Shown here: positions 19,385 through 27,724 of the stretch, piece after piece | Layout: every line of letters starts with the position of its first letter | Position numbering within the stretch: position 1 is the stretch's first letter | Assembly: GCA_002419055.1 (NCBI GenBank) | Contig: DIFI01000021.1 | Location: 24,102 to 88,101, forward strand | Origin: Peptococcaceae bacterium UBA5752 | GTDB taxonomy: Bacteria; Bacillota; Dehalobacteriia; UBA4068 | Length of the DNA: 64,000 bases | Reading direction: 5' to 3' | Position numbers and translations under genes: made by a program | The notes under the pieces: generated by a model | The model's database searches: none | Told to the model about the DNA's origin: nothing | The model's input: only the letters and a program-made list of their open reading frames with translations

Positions 19385-20722
19385 ATGAAACGATTTACAA
19401 TTACTATTATCGTTTGCATATTGATCTTTGCTTTGAGTATCTCCACCGCTTTGGCTGTTGATAACAGCAGAACATATTCTTTTCAACTCACCTCCAATGG
19501 CAGCAGTACTGCTGCCATTGGAGTGGGGGATATGATTACGGTGAAGTTTACTCTGGCGGCAGACAACAGCTATGCTTTGTATGCGATGCAGAATGAGATT
19601 AAGTATGACAGCCGCTATTTGCAATATGTTGATGGAAGCCTTAGTATGACCTCCGGTTTTAATTCCGGCTTTCGGGATATGGAGGATGGCATCAATAAAC
19701 TGGTGCTGATGAATTATGTTTCCGATACAGCAGAGGGAGAAACCATAAACTCCAGTGTCGTGGTGGGAACCTTCCAGTTGAAGGCCATCGCTAATGGAAC
19801 TTCGACTGTCAGCAACGAGGATTATTATTGCACAACCAAAACCGGTGCAAATAATTACACTGCTACCGCCAGTGATCTTATTGTCAACATTAAATCTTCC
19901 GGCGGCGGTGGCGGCGGTAGTAGTGTCACTTATTACACCATCAACGCCAGCGCCGGCGAGGGTGGCAGCATATCGCCTTCCGGCAGCGTCAGCGTAGCTC
20001 AGGACGGTTCACAAACTTTCACTATAAACCCCAACTATAGATATATTATAGAAGACGTACAGGTAGATGGCAAAAGCGTCGGCGACGTCAGCACATATGC
20101 CTTCTCCGCTGTCACTGCCAACCACACCATAAAAGCAACGTTCATTGCGGGAGAAGAGGAGCCAAACCTCACCGATCAATTCACCGACCTTGTCCCCGGC
20201 GCCTGGTATATAAACGGCATCAATTATGTTTTGCAGGCTGGACTGTTTAACGGTACCTCGGCAACCAGATTTAGTCCTGATGCCAATATGACGAGATCTA
20301 TGCTGGTAACGGTATTGTGGCGTTTAGACGGCACGCCTGACGCAACAGTAGACACCATCTTTAATGATGTGGCAGACGGTCTCTGGTACAGCGACGCTAT
20401 CGAATGGGCTGCGGCCAATAATATCGTCAACGGCTATGGCAACGGTAGGTTCGGTACCAATGACAGCATCACGCGCGAACAGATGGCGGTAATCTTATAT
20501 AACTATGCCAAAATTAAAGGTTACGATGTCAGCCAAACCACTTCACTCAGCAAATACACCGACACCGGCGATATTTCCGATTGGGCCAGCACAGCTATGG
20601 CCTGGGCCAATGCTACCGGCCTTGTCAACGGACGCACCGCTACAACTCTCGCTCCCGGCGGTACTGCCACAAGAGCTGAAGTTGCTACGATCTTAATGCG
20701 CTTTATCGAATATTACGTTTAA
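19385..20722 (+). CDS. Anchoring scaffoldin-like protein: cohesin-like domain + InlB-B-repeat-like middle domain + 3x SLH
   Basis: AGGAG RBS and a signal peptide. Cohesin-like MITVKFTLAADNSYALYAMQNEIKYDSRYLQYVDGS. Gly8 linker. Three SLH motifs (FTDLVPGAWYING.., FNDVADGLWYSDA.., YTDTGDISDWAST..). Confidence 0.85.
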   Translation: MKRFTITIIVCILIFALSISTALAVDNSRTYSFQLTSNGSSTAAIGVGDMITVKFTLAADNSYALYAMQNEIKYDSRYLQYVDGSLSMTSGFNSGFRDMEDGINKLVLMNYVSDTAEGETINSSVVVGTFQLKAIANGTSTVSNEDYYCTTKTGANNYTATASDLIVNIKSSGGGGGGSSVTYYTINASAGEGGSISPSGSVSVAQDGSQTFTINPNYRYIIEDVQVDGKSVGDVSTYAFSAVTANHTIKATFIAGEEEPNLTDQFTDLVPGAWYINGINYVLQAGLFNGTSATRFSPDANMTRSMLVTVLWRLDGTPDATVDTIFNDVADGLWYSDAIEWAAANNIVNGYGNGRFGTNDSITREQMAVILYNYAKIKGYDVSQTTSLSKYTDTGDISDWASTAMAWANATGLVNGRTATTLAPGGTATRAEVATILMRFIEYYV

Positions 20723-20874
20723 GTAACCAGTAAATTGACATTTAGCATAAAATTATAAGACCTTCCAATATATTGCAGTGCCCCCTAAGAAGACACAGGA
20801 AAAAGCGTGCAAAATCTACTTAGGGGGTATTATTATGGGTGAACATAGGAATTATGGTTTGGAAATTTAAACAA

Positions 20875-20907
20875 AAGGCCTGATATCTTTAAAATATCAG
20901 GCCTTTT
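20875..20907 (+). terminator. Rho-independent terminator (AGGCCTGATAT...ATATCAGGCCT TTTTT)
   Basis: Perfect 11-bp inverted repeat plus a T-run, downstream of 19385..20722. Confidence 0.55.
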
Positions 20908-20950
20908 TGGTGGGGCTATACAAAAGTCAACCAGTGACCTTGCATGTCAA
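20906..20950 (-). pseudogene. Degenerate copy of the 3' half of tRNA-Val (anticodon loop to CCA end)
   Basis: TGGTGGGGCTA...CCAGTGACCT...TGACATG here, versus TGGTGGGGCTAACTGGGCTCGAACCAGTGACCTCTACGATGTCAA in the intact gene at 22385. Same orientation. Confidence 0.4.
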
Positions 20951-21011
20951 ACAAGTATCTAAACAGCTGGGCTATAAGTTCGCAACAAATTTCAGACAAA
21001 GCCGCGCTTTT

Positions 21012-21515
21012 TTAGCGCCGGCGAATGATTCCACAAGCAATTTTAGGGCCTGATTTACCCGCGGGCTGTGTTGTAAAATCGTCGGGAGATCTGTGTAGCA
21101 CTACGGTTCGTCCGATTACTTCGGCAACGGTAAAGCGGTTGGTTAATACCGACATTAGTGCAAACCCGTTATTTCCAAACAGTGGAGGAAGATCGCCGGC
21201 ATGGTGAGGATGGTCGCAGTTGCCGGGATTATAGTGCATGCCGGTATTGGCAAACGGATCCTCGGCGTTTCCTGTACAGGCCGTTCCCTCATGGATATGG
21301 AAACCGAAAACATTGCTGTTGCATGGACCCGGCTCATTCGGTAGTCCGGTGACTCTGGCTGCCAGTATTACGCCTTTTTTTGTTTGATATAAATACACAA
21401 TTCCGTTTATATCTGGAAAATCGCTGCTGCCAGACAATTTCGCCATTGCTTCAGGCGACTTTTTAAGCAGTGTCCCCATATCGATAATTCGTGGCAATGA
21501 AATCATTTTTACCAC
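21012..21515 (-). CDS. Cu/Zn superoxide dismutase family protein (SodC/YojM-like)
   Basis: Motifs GFHIHE..C..., HYNP, HPHHAGDLP, ACGII. No obvious signal peptide. Confidence 0.75.
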   Translation of the reverse strand: MVKMISLPRIIDMGTLLKKSPEAMAKLSGSSDFPDINGIVYLYQTKKGVILAARVTGLPNEPGPCNSNVFGFHIHEGTACTGNAEDPFANTGMHYNPGNCDHPHHAGDLPPLFGNNGFALMSVLTNRFTVAEVIGRTVVLHRSPDDFTTQPAGKSGPKIACGIIRRR

Positions 21516-21660
21516 CTCCTGATAAAAATGTATGCCAAACTAATAAAAAAAATTTTAATATTTTATTTACTTTCCTTCCTGTAGCTTAGCATCTTTATTG
21601 GCGCGGATGTATTTGCAACATCATTGCGGTGTCTTCATATACTGTATCGAGGTGGTCAAT

Positions 21661-22341
21661 ATGCAGGCATCAGATTTAATTGAAGCGATGGAGTTATCGG
21701 CTGTCGCATACCGTAAGGTTCAGCCAGATTCCTTTGGCGGCTCTCTTATCACGATAGATGATCCAAAAACCGATATTCAATGCTACCTGCGCAAAAGAGA
21801 CGGCTGCCTTAGCATCACATTTAGGGGATCAAACTCCGGTAAGGACTGGAAAACGAACCTTGCTTTCGGACAAAAAACTATACCATATGGAAACAGCGCA
21901 TCAAAAATAAGAGTACATTACGGATTCATCGAGGCTTATAAATCTCATGCCGTGAGAGATGTCATCAACGATATAATATCCGACGACATTCATCAAGTAA
22001 AGATAACCGGTCATTCACAAGGCGCGGCGCTGGCCGTTTTGTGCGCAGTGGATCTGGAATATCACTACCCCGACAGGGACTTTGAGGTAATACTGTTCGG
22101 CGCACCGCGCGTGGGAAACCGTGCTTTCCAGAAATCCTATAACAAGAGATTATTCAAAACCATGCGCATCGAAAACGGCAACGATATCGTAACCAAGATT
22201 CCGTTTGCCTGCATGGGATATCGCCATGTCGGCATGGGTGTACATATCGGCAAACCGAAGATTCTGGGCGTCATCTCATTTAATGACCACTATCCTCAAG
22301 CCTATTACAAAAATCTTTTTAAACGAATTGAACTAAGATAA
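21661..22341 (+). CDS. Lipase class 3 / alpha-beta hydrolase
   Basis: ITGHSQGAALAVL nucleophile elbow. ATG 21661 (MQASDL) inside the longer ORF 21598. Confidence 0.7.
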   Translation: MQASDLIEAMELSAVAYRKVQPDSFGGSLITIDDPKTDIQCYLRKRDGCLSITFRGSNSGKDWKTNLAFGQKTIPYGNSASKIRVHYGFIEAYKSHAVRDVINDIISDDIHQVKITGHSQGAALAVLCAVDLEYHYPDRDFEVILFGAPRVGNRAFQKSYNKRLFKTMRIENGNDIVTKIPFACMGYRHVGMGVHIGKPKILGVISFNDHYPQAYYKNLFKRIELR

Positions 22342-22354
22342 ATACAACAAAATA

Positions 22355-22384
22355 CCTGCTATCTTATGGATAGCAGGTATTTTT

Positions 22385-22385
<1 letters not shown>
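22355..22385 (+). terminator. Rho-independent terminator (ACCTGCTATC...GATAGCAGGT + T7)
   Basis: 10-bp inverted repeat followed by TTTTTT, abutting the tRNA 3' end. Confidence 0.55.
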
Positions 22386-22461
<76 letters not shown>

Positions 22462-22585
22462 GCGACAAACTATATTATGCCTGAAAAAAGACAATAAGTC
22501 AATAATATTTTCAATAAAAATGTAGTAAAAAAGAAAGAAAACTTAAATAAGCAGCCTTTTTAGATTAATTATTTAGTGGTTAGTA

Positions 22586-22846
22586 CTATTCATCTGTCTG
22601 ATCATCATCGGGGAAGATTGGTTTACTGTTGCGGATATCATTTAAAATTGCCAGTATCCGCTGTTTATCTTCGGCAAAGCCAAAAACGCGCCCCCAACAG
22701 CCTTCGGTTAGTTCAAAGAGGTTGCCGTAAGCGCTGTCATCATTGCTTTGGATACGGAAGCTAATGCCTTCGTCGGTTAAGCATTGCTCAAGCAGCGCCG
22801 CCTCAAAGTTGTTTCCAATATCGGCTATTTTTATCACTTTAGACAT
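22586..22846 (-). CDS. Hypothetical 86-aa acidic protein
   Basis: GAAGGAG RBS 8 nt upstream. Lies immediately downstream of ftcD on the same strand. Confidence 0.45.
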   Translation of the reverse strand: MSKVIKIADIGNNFEAALLEQCLTDEGISFRIQSNDDSAYGNLFELTEGCWGRVFGFAEDKQRILAILNDIRNSKPIFPDDDQTDE

Positions 22847-22850
22847 AATT

Positions 22851-23780
22851 TTACTCCTTCATTAATAAACCATGTTCAACAAGTTGGGATTCGAGTATTT
22901 GACGTGGTGAAAAGTTGGTCATTCTCATCAACTGCCAATCACACCCGGCAAGGGATGCTTGCGGCGGCAAGCCGATAATCTCCGTTTCGGCGACTGCCGT
23001 ATTATAAGCGGCAGCCAGTTGACTGACACGCTCGAATACCTGTACGGGGGAAGTAATGCGATAATCCAACAAATTGCAGGATACCTGTGCGATACCGCGG
23101 GAATGCAAATCGACGGCTATCGATTTTACCTCTGCCATGCCGTTAGAGGAAAAGCGGATGGCTTTAGCGATAGCGCGGGCTGCCTCCATATCGTAACGGT
23201 TGAGATTGAAGTTGATGGCAATCAGGAAGAAGCGGCTGCCGATTACCGCTGCACCAAACGTCGGATGGGGGTGTCGGCGGCCGAAATCGGGACGCCATTC
23301 TTGGGTCTGCAGTTTAGCGCTCAAGCCCTCAAAATTACCTCGCCGCAGTTCTGAAAGATTGTCACGGCCGCTAATCAGAGCAGCTTGGCCGTATAGATAA
23401 ACAGGTAGTTGCAGTTCCTTGGCTACATTTTCCCCAAAATTGCGGGCGACAATACCGCAATATTCCAGATCAGCACCGGCAACGGGTATAAAAGGTGTGA
23501 CATCAACGGCGCCGATCCGCGGATGTGCGCCTCGGTGTGTGTTGAGATCAAAATGTTCTAAAGCAAATACAAATCCGTTGAACAGCGCCTCCGTTATACT
23601 TTCCGGTTTGCCGGCCAACGTATAAACGCTGCGGTTGTGGTCATAATCGCTACTGTAATCAAGCAAGCCAACGCCGCTGATTTTGTCCATAGTTACCGCC
23701 AATTTTTCTAAGAGACGAAGATCGCGTCCTTCGCTGAAATTAGGGACCGATTCAATTAGTGGCGGTGTTTTAATCATCAT
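22851..23780 (-). CDS. ftcD: Glutamate formimidoyltransferase (formiminotransferase domain only)
   Basis: N-terminal IESVPNFSEGRD is the classic FtcD formiminotransferase start. Length 309 aa with no cyclodeaminase domain. Confidence 0.8.
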   Translation of the reverse strand: MMIKTPPLIESVPNFSEGRDLRLLEKLAVTMDKISGVGLLDYSSDYDHNRSVYTLAGKPESITEALFNGFVFALEHFDLNTHRGAHPRIGAVDVTPFIPVAGADLEYCGIVARNFGENVAKELQLPVYLYGQAALISGRDNLSELRRGNFEGLSAKLQTQEWRPDFGRRHPHPTFGAAVIGSRFFLIAINFNLNRYDMEAARAIAKAIRFSSNGMAEVKSIAVDLHSRGIAQVSCNLLDYRITSPVQVFERVSQLAAAYNTAVAETEIIGLPPQASLAGCDWQLMRMTNFSPRQILESQLVEHGLLMKE

Positions 23781-23913
23781 TTATCCTCTAAATAGAAATT
23801 CGATAACAATTTAAATATATTATATATATTATTTAATGTCAAATTAGCTTTATTAAATATAGGAAAATATGTTATAATTTACTGAAATTTAATTCAGAAA
23901 GCAGGGGAAAAAA

Positions 23914-25296
23914 TTGAAAATTTGCTTTCAAAAACTAATTGTTATAATGATAATTACATCATTGGTAATTGCGTGCGGCAGTGCAGTATTAGCAGCCGAT
24001 ATCACTGTTACCATCAGCGGCGACGGTGTTACTACGCAACAAAGCTTTACCGGTGAGCAATTGGCGGCAATGACTGATCAAATACAGCAGCATTATTATT
24101 CCTCAATTAATAACTGGCCCACCAATAAAAATGTTTATGCGAAAGGCATCTCGCTTTCATATTTGTTGCAGCTGTCGGGTATCAAGGATGAGGCTACCTT
24201 GATTAAGATCACCAGCACCGACGGATATTACAAAACTTTTACCGTCTCCGAGTTGCTAGATTCCGAGCGTTACAGCTACAGTGACGGTAGAGCTACAGAA
24301 GTGCCGGTAATTTTAGGCTTGCAAAGCAGCGATAGTTCTTTCGCATCTATGACGGACGATCAGGCCCCGGTATTGGTAATAGGACAGCGCGCGGCAACAG
24401 AACAAACATTTCCTTGGTTTATTAAAAACGTTAGTACTATAGAAGTCAGCGCTGATACGTTAGCGCGGTGGCCGCAAGCAACATATGAGATTAACGATGC
24501 TGCAAACGGTTATCAGCTGGAGCTGAATCATAGCAATTTTGATACGGTTAAGCTCTATTATACAACTGACAGCACTACCCCGTCTGTTGAGAGTAATATG
24601 TATAATATCAGCACTACCTATTGGCAACCGGATCTGATCGTGCCGCTGCAGCTTACCGCCGGTACGGTTGTCAAAGTTATCGCCATCGGCCCCGGCAAGC
24701 CGGACAGTGAAGTTGTGACCATCAACTTGCCGACAACATCTGCCGGAACAGACCTGTCGTTTAGCGATGTGGCAAAAAACAGCTGGTATTATGATGCAGT
24801 TGATTATGTTAGTAACAAGGGATTATTCCAAGGCACATCGATAACAACATTTTCGCCCATGGCTCCAATGACACGCGCCATGTTTGTAACGGTACTTTAT
24901 CGGCTTTCCGGTGAGATATATTCGTCTACTACGGCCAAATTTAGCGATGTAGAATCCGGCAGTTGGTATGCCGATGCCGTTACCTGGGCTTCCGAAAAGG
25001 GAATAGTCAACGGTTACGGTAATGGTACATTCAGACCGTTAAATGCGGTGACCAGGGAGCAGATGGCTTTGATAATGTTCAATTATCTTAAATGCATTGG
25101 CGAAGGACCGCAGGGAGCTTGGATGATCAACCTAAATTACCCGGACAAATCTGCTATCAGTGATTGGGCTTTTGAAGCGGTAACGTATTGTACAATGAGA
25201 GGTTTGCTCAGCGGACGCAGTAACGGCAATTTTGATCCGCAGGGAACGGCCAACAGAGCGGAAGTGGCGACAGTGATGATGCGCTTTGACAAATAA
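23914..25296 (+). CDS. SLH-anchored (3x SLH) surface protein with N-terminal RYYYP-type domain
   Basis: TTG start (ATG 23947 is an alternative). Signal-like N-terminus. HYYSSINNWP...GISLSYLLQLSGI...ITSTDGYY...ERYSYS. Three SLH motifs at the C-terminus. Confidence 0.75.
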   Translation: MKICFQKLIVIMIITSLVIACGSAVLAADITVTISGDGVTTQQSFTGEQLAAMTDQIQQHYYSSINNWPTNKNVYAKGISLSYLLQLSGIKDEATLIKITSTDGYYKTFTVSELLDSERYSYSDGRATEVPVILGLQSSDSSFASMTDDQAPVLVIGQRAATEQTFPWFIKNVSTIEVSADTLARWPQATYEINDAANGYQLELNHSNFDTVKLYYTTDSTTPSVESNMYNISTTYWQPDLIVPLQLTAGTVVKVIAIGPGKPDSEVVTINLPTTSAGTDLSFSDVAKNSWYYDAVDYVSNKGLFQGTSITTFSPMAPMTRAMFVTVLYRLSGEIYSSTTAKFSDVESGSWYADAVTWASEKGIVNGYGNGTFRPLNAVTREQMALIMFNYLKCIGEGPQGAWMINLNYPDKSAISDWAFEAVTYCTMRGLLSGRSNGNFDPQGTANRAEVATVMMRFDK

Positions 25297-25432
25297 AGAT
25301 AAATAAAAGCTAAGAAAGTATTTGCATTTTAATAAACAGCGTGCTATAATGTGTTATAGTTTGAAGTTGCTAGCAGGAAGTGGGTGTTTTTACCCACTTT
25401 TTGTTTTACGAATGGAGATTAAAGATAATATA

Positions 25433-25918
25433 ATGGCTAAAAAAAAGTCATTCACGGTTGATTATAATCGTATTGAAAAATTAATTTGGCAGTTGACCGA
25501 ACCTGTGATGGTTGAAGTCGGCTGCGAATTGGTAGATGTGCAATATGTTAAAGAAGGTCCTAACCGGTATTTGCGCCTGTTCATTGATCGCGAGCCGCCG
25601 GTTGACCATATTTGTTGTCAGTCAGTCAGCGAACGGATCAGCGATATAATAGACAAAGTAGACCCGATTGAACAAAGTTACTATCTTGAGGTATCTTCTC
25701 CGGGGGTTGAGCGTCCTTTGCGCAAAGCCGAGGATTTCGCCCGTTTTGCCGGTGAGCAGGTTATTGTTAATCTTTATGCACCTTTAAACGGCGTAAAACA
25801 ATATAAAGGTCTATTAATCGGACTTGAAGAAGAGCAGATCGTTATTGAGGCAGAGGGTAATCGCCTTGCATTCGCAAAAGAAACAGTTGCCAATGCTCAT
25901 ATAGCGGCTGATTTATAA
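25433..25918 (+). CDS. rimP: Ribosome maturation factor RimP
   Basis: ATG 25433 after GGAG. Contains the LEVSSPGVERPL motif. Confidence 0.85.
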   Translation: MAKKKSFTVDYNRIEKLIWQLTEPVMVEVGCELVDVQYVKEGPNRYLRLFIDREPPVDHICCQSVSERISDIIDKVDPIEQSYYLEVSSPGVERPLRKAEDFARFAGEQVIVNLYAPLNGVKQYKGLLIGLEEEQIVIEAEGNRLAFAKETVANAHIAADL

Positions 25919-25969
25919 AAAAATCAAGTTTATTTTTGTATTTGTTAGTTTTGATAAGGAGAGAAGAAC

Positions 25970-27079
25970 ATGGCAGTGAATTTAGAATTAATCGAGGCCC
26001 TAAAAAATCTGGAAAAAGAAAAGGGCATTGAAATGGATGTCTTAATCGAAGCGATTGAAGCAGCTTTGATTTCTGCGTATAAAAAACATTTTGGCTCTTC
26101 GCAAAATGTTCGGGTTGAGATTAACAAAAGCAATGGTGATATTCACGTATATTATCGAAAAACGGTAGTCGAGCAAGTTGAAGATTCGACTTTGGAAATG
26201 TCGATTGAGGAGGCCAAAAACTATGATCCCGATTTCGAAATAGGCGATATATTTGAATCAGAAGTAACACCCCGCTCTTTTGGCAGGATTGCTGCCCAAA
26301 CAGCCAAACATGTGGTAGTACAAAGAATTCGCGAGGCTGAACGCAGCATGGTTTACGATCAGTATGCTACAAGAATGGAAGATATAGTGATAGCCACTGT
26401 GCTTCGTTATGAAGGACGAAATGTAATCATCGATTTGGGACGCAGCGAGGCAGTCTTAATGCCTTCCGAGCAAATCCCGCGTGAAAATTATATTCAGGGA
26501 GAACGTATCAAGGTTTATATACTAGAGGTAAAAAAGACCACCAGAGGACCGCAAATTATGGTTTCGCGCACTCACCCCGGGATGCTCAAAAAACTTTTTG
26601 AACGCGAGGTGCCGGAGATTCACGACGGTACGGTTGAAATTAGATCGGTAGTCCGTGAGCCCGGTTATCGTTCAAAAATTGCCGTATTCAGTAAAAATGA
26701 AAACGTTGATCCGGTGGGCGCGTGTGTCGGCGCCAAAGGAATGCGTGTTCAGTCAATAGTCAACGAACTTGCCGGCGAAAAGATCGAAATTGTTCGCTAT
26801 GACGATGATCCGGCCGTATATGTAAGTAACGCATTGGCCCCTGCAAAAGTAATCAGCGTTTCTGTTAGTGTTCCAGATAAATTCACCCAAGTGGTTGTGC
26901 CTGATTATCAACTGTCGCTGGCTATTGGCAAGGAAGGTCAAAACGCACGTTTGGCCGCACGATTGACCGGCTGGAAGATCGATATTAAGAGCGAAAGCCA
27001 AATGGTGGAAATTATGGGCGAGCAAGATCCGAATGATGATAATGATATAGAAGACCTGGTTGAGGATACGGAGGCGTAA
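25970..27079 (+). CDS. nusA: Transcription termination/antitermination factor NusA
   Basis: S1 and two KH domains (GxxG). Conserved synteny. Confidence 0.95.
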   Translation: MAVNLELIEALKNLEKEKGIEMDVLIEAIEAALISAYKKHFGSSQNVRVEINKSNGDIHVYYRKTVVEQVEDSTLEMSIEEAKNYDPDFEIGDIFESEVTPRSFGRIAAQTAKHVVVQRIREAERSMVYDQYATRMEDIVIATVLRYEGRNVIIDLGRSEAVLMPSEQIPRENYIQGERIKVYILEVKKTTRGPQIMVSRTHPGMLKKLFEREVPEIHDGTVEIRSVVREPGYRSKIAVFSKNENVDPVGACVGAKGMRVQSIVNELAGEKIEIVRYDDDPAVYVSNALAPAKVISVSVSVPDKFTQVVVPDYQLSLAIGKEGQNARLAARLTGWKIDIKSESQMVEIMGEQDPNDDNDIEDLVEDTEA

Positions 27080-27367
27080 ATGGCCAAAAAAGTGCCTAAG
27101 AAAGAGCCGGAAAGAATGTGCGTGGCCTGCCGCCAGTTAAAGGACAAAAAGCAGCTACTGAGGGTTGTCAAATCACCGCAAGGAGAGATTGCTCTTGATG
27201 AAAGCGGCAAAAAACCGGGGCGCGGAGCTTATGTATGCCGTCAAAGTGAATGCTTAATTAAAGCACGAAAAACTAAAAGTTTTGATAAAATATTTAAAAT
27301 AAAATTACCCGAAGAAATGTGGCAGCAATTATCGGAAAAAATTACTGCCGGCGAGACAGATTTATGA
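27080..27367 (+). CDS. ylxR: YlxR/RnpM family RNA-binding protein (DUF448)
   Basis: Motif RMCVACRQLKDKKQLLRVV. Confidence 0.8.
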   Translation: MAKKVPKKEPERMCVACRQLKDKKQLLRVVKSPQGEIALDESGKKPGRGAYVCRQSECLIKARKTKSFDKIFKIKLPEEMWQQLSEKITAGETDL

Positions 27368-27699
27368 GTGAATGCAAACCGTTATCTGCGGAAATTGAGC
27401 AAAAAGTTGCCGGTTATCTGGGATTGGCACAAAAAGCTAGACGATTGGTAGCCGGAGATGCAGCAACAGTGACAGCCTTATCGGCAGGGAAAGCTTGTTT
27501 GGTTGTTTTGGCAATTGATGCTGCGGCAAAGGTACAAGAAGAAATAGGCGGACTTGCTACGGCTAAGCATGTACCGCTAATCTATTGGCGAGATAAGAAT
27601 TCTTTAGGCGCTGTGGTTGGCCGTTCACGGCGTGGCGCTATCGCAATAATAGATACAGGTTTTGCTGCTGCTATTGAAAAATGTTTATCGGAGTTTTAG
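27364..27699 (+). CDS. ylxQ: L7Ae/L30e-family ribosomal-protein-like protein (YlxQ)
   Basis: ATG 27364 overlaps the ylxR stop. Sits between nusA and infB as in Bacillus. Confidence 0.7.
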   Translation: MSECKPLSAEIEQKVAGYLGLAQKARRLVAGDAATVTALSAGKACLVVLAIDAAAKVQEEIGGLATAKHVPLIYWRDKNSLGAVVGRSRRGAIAIIDTGFAAAIEKCLSEF

Positions 27700-27724
27700 T
27701 AAACGGGAATAGGGAGTGATTTTT

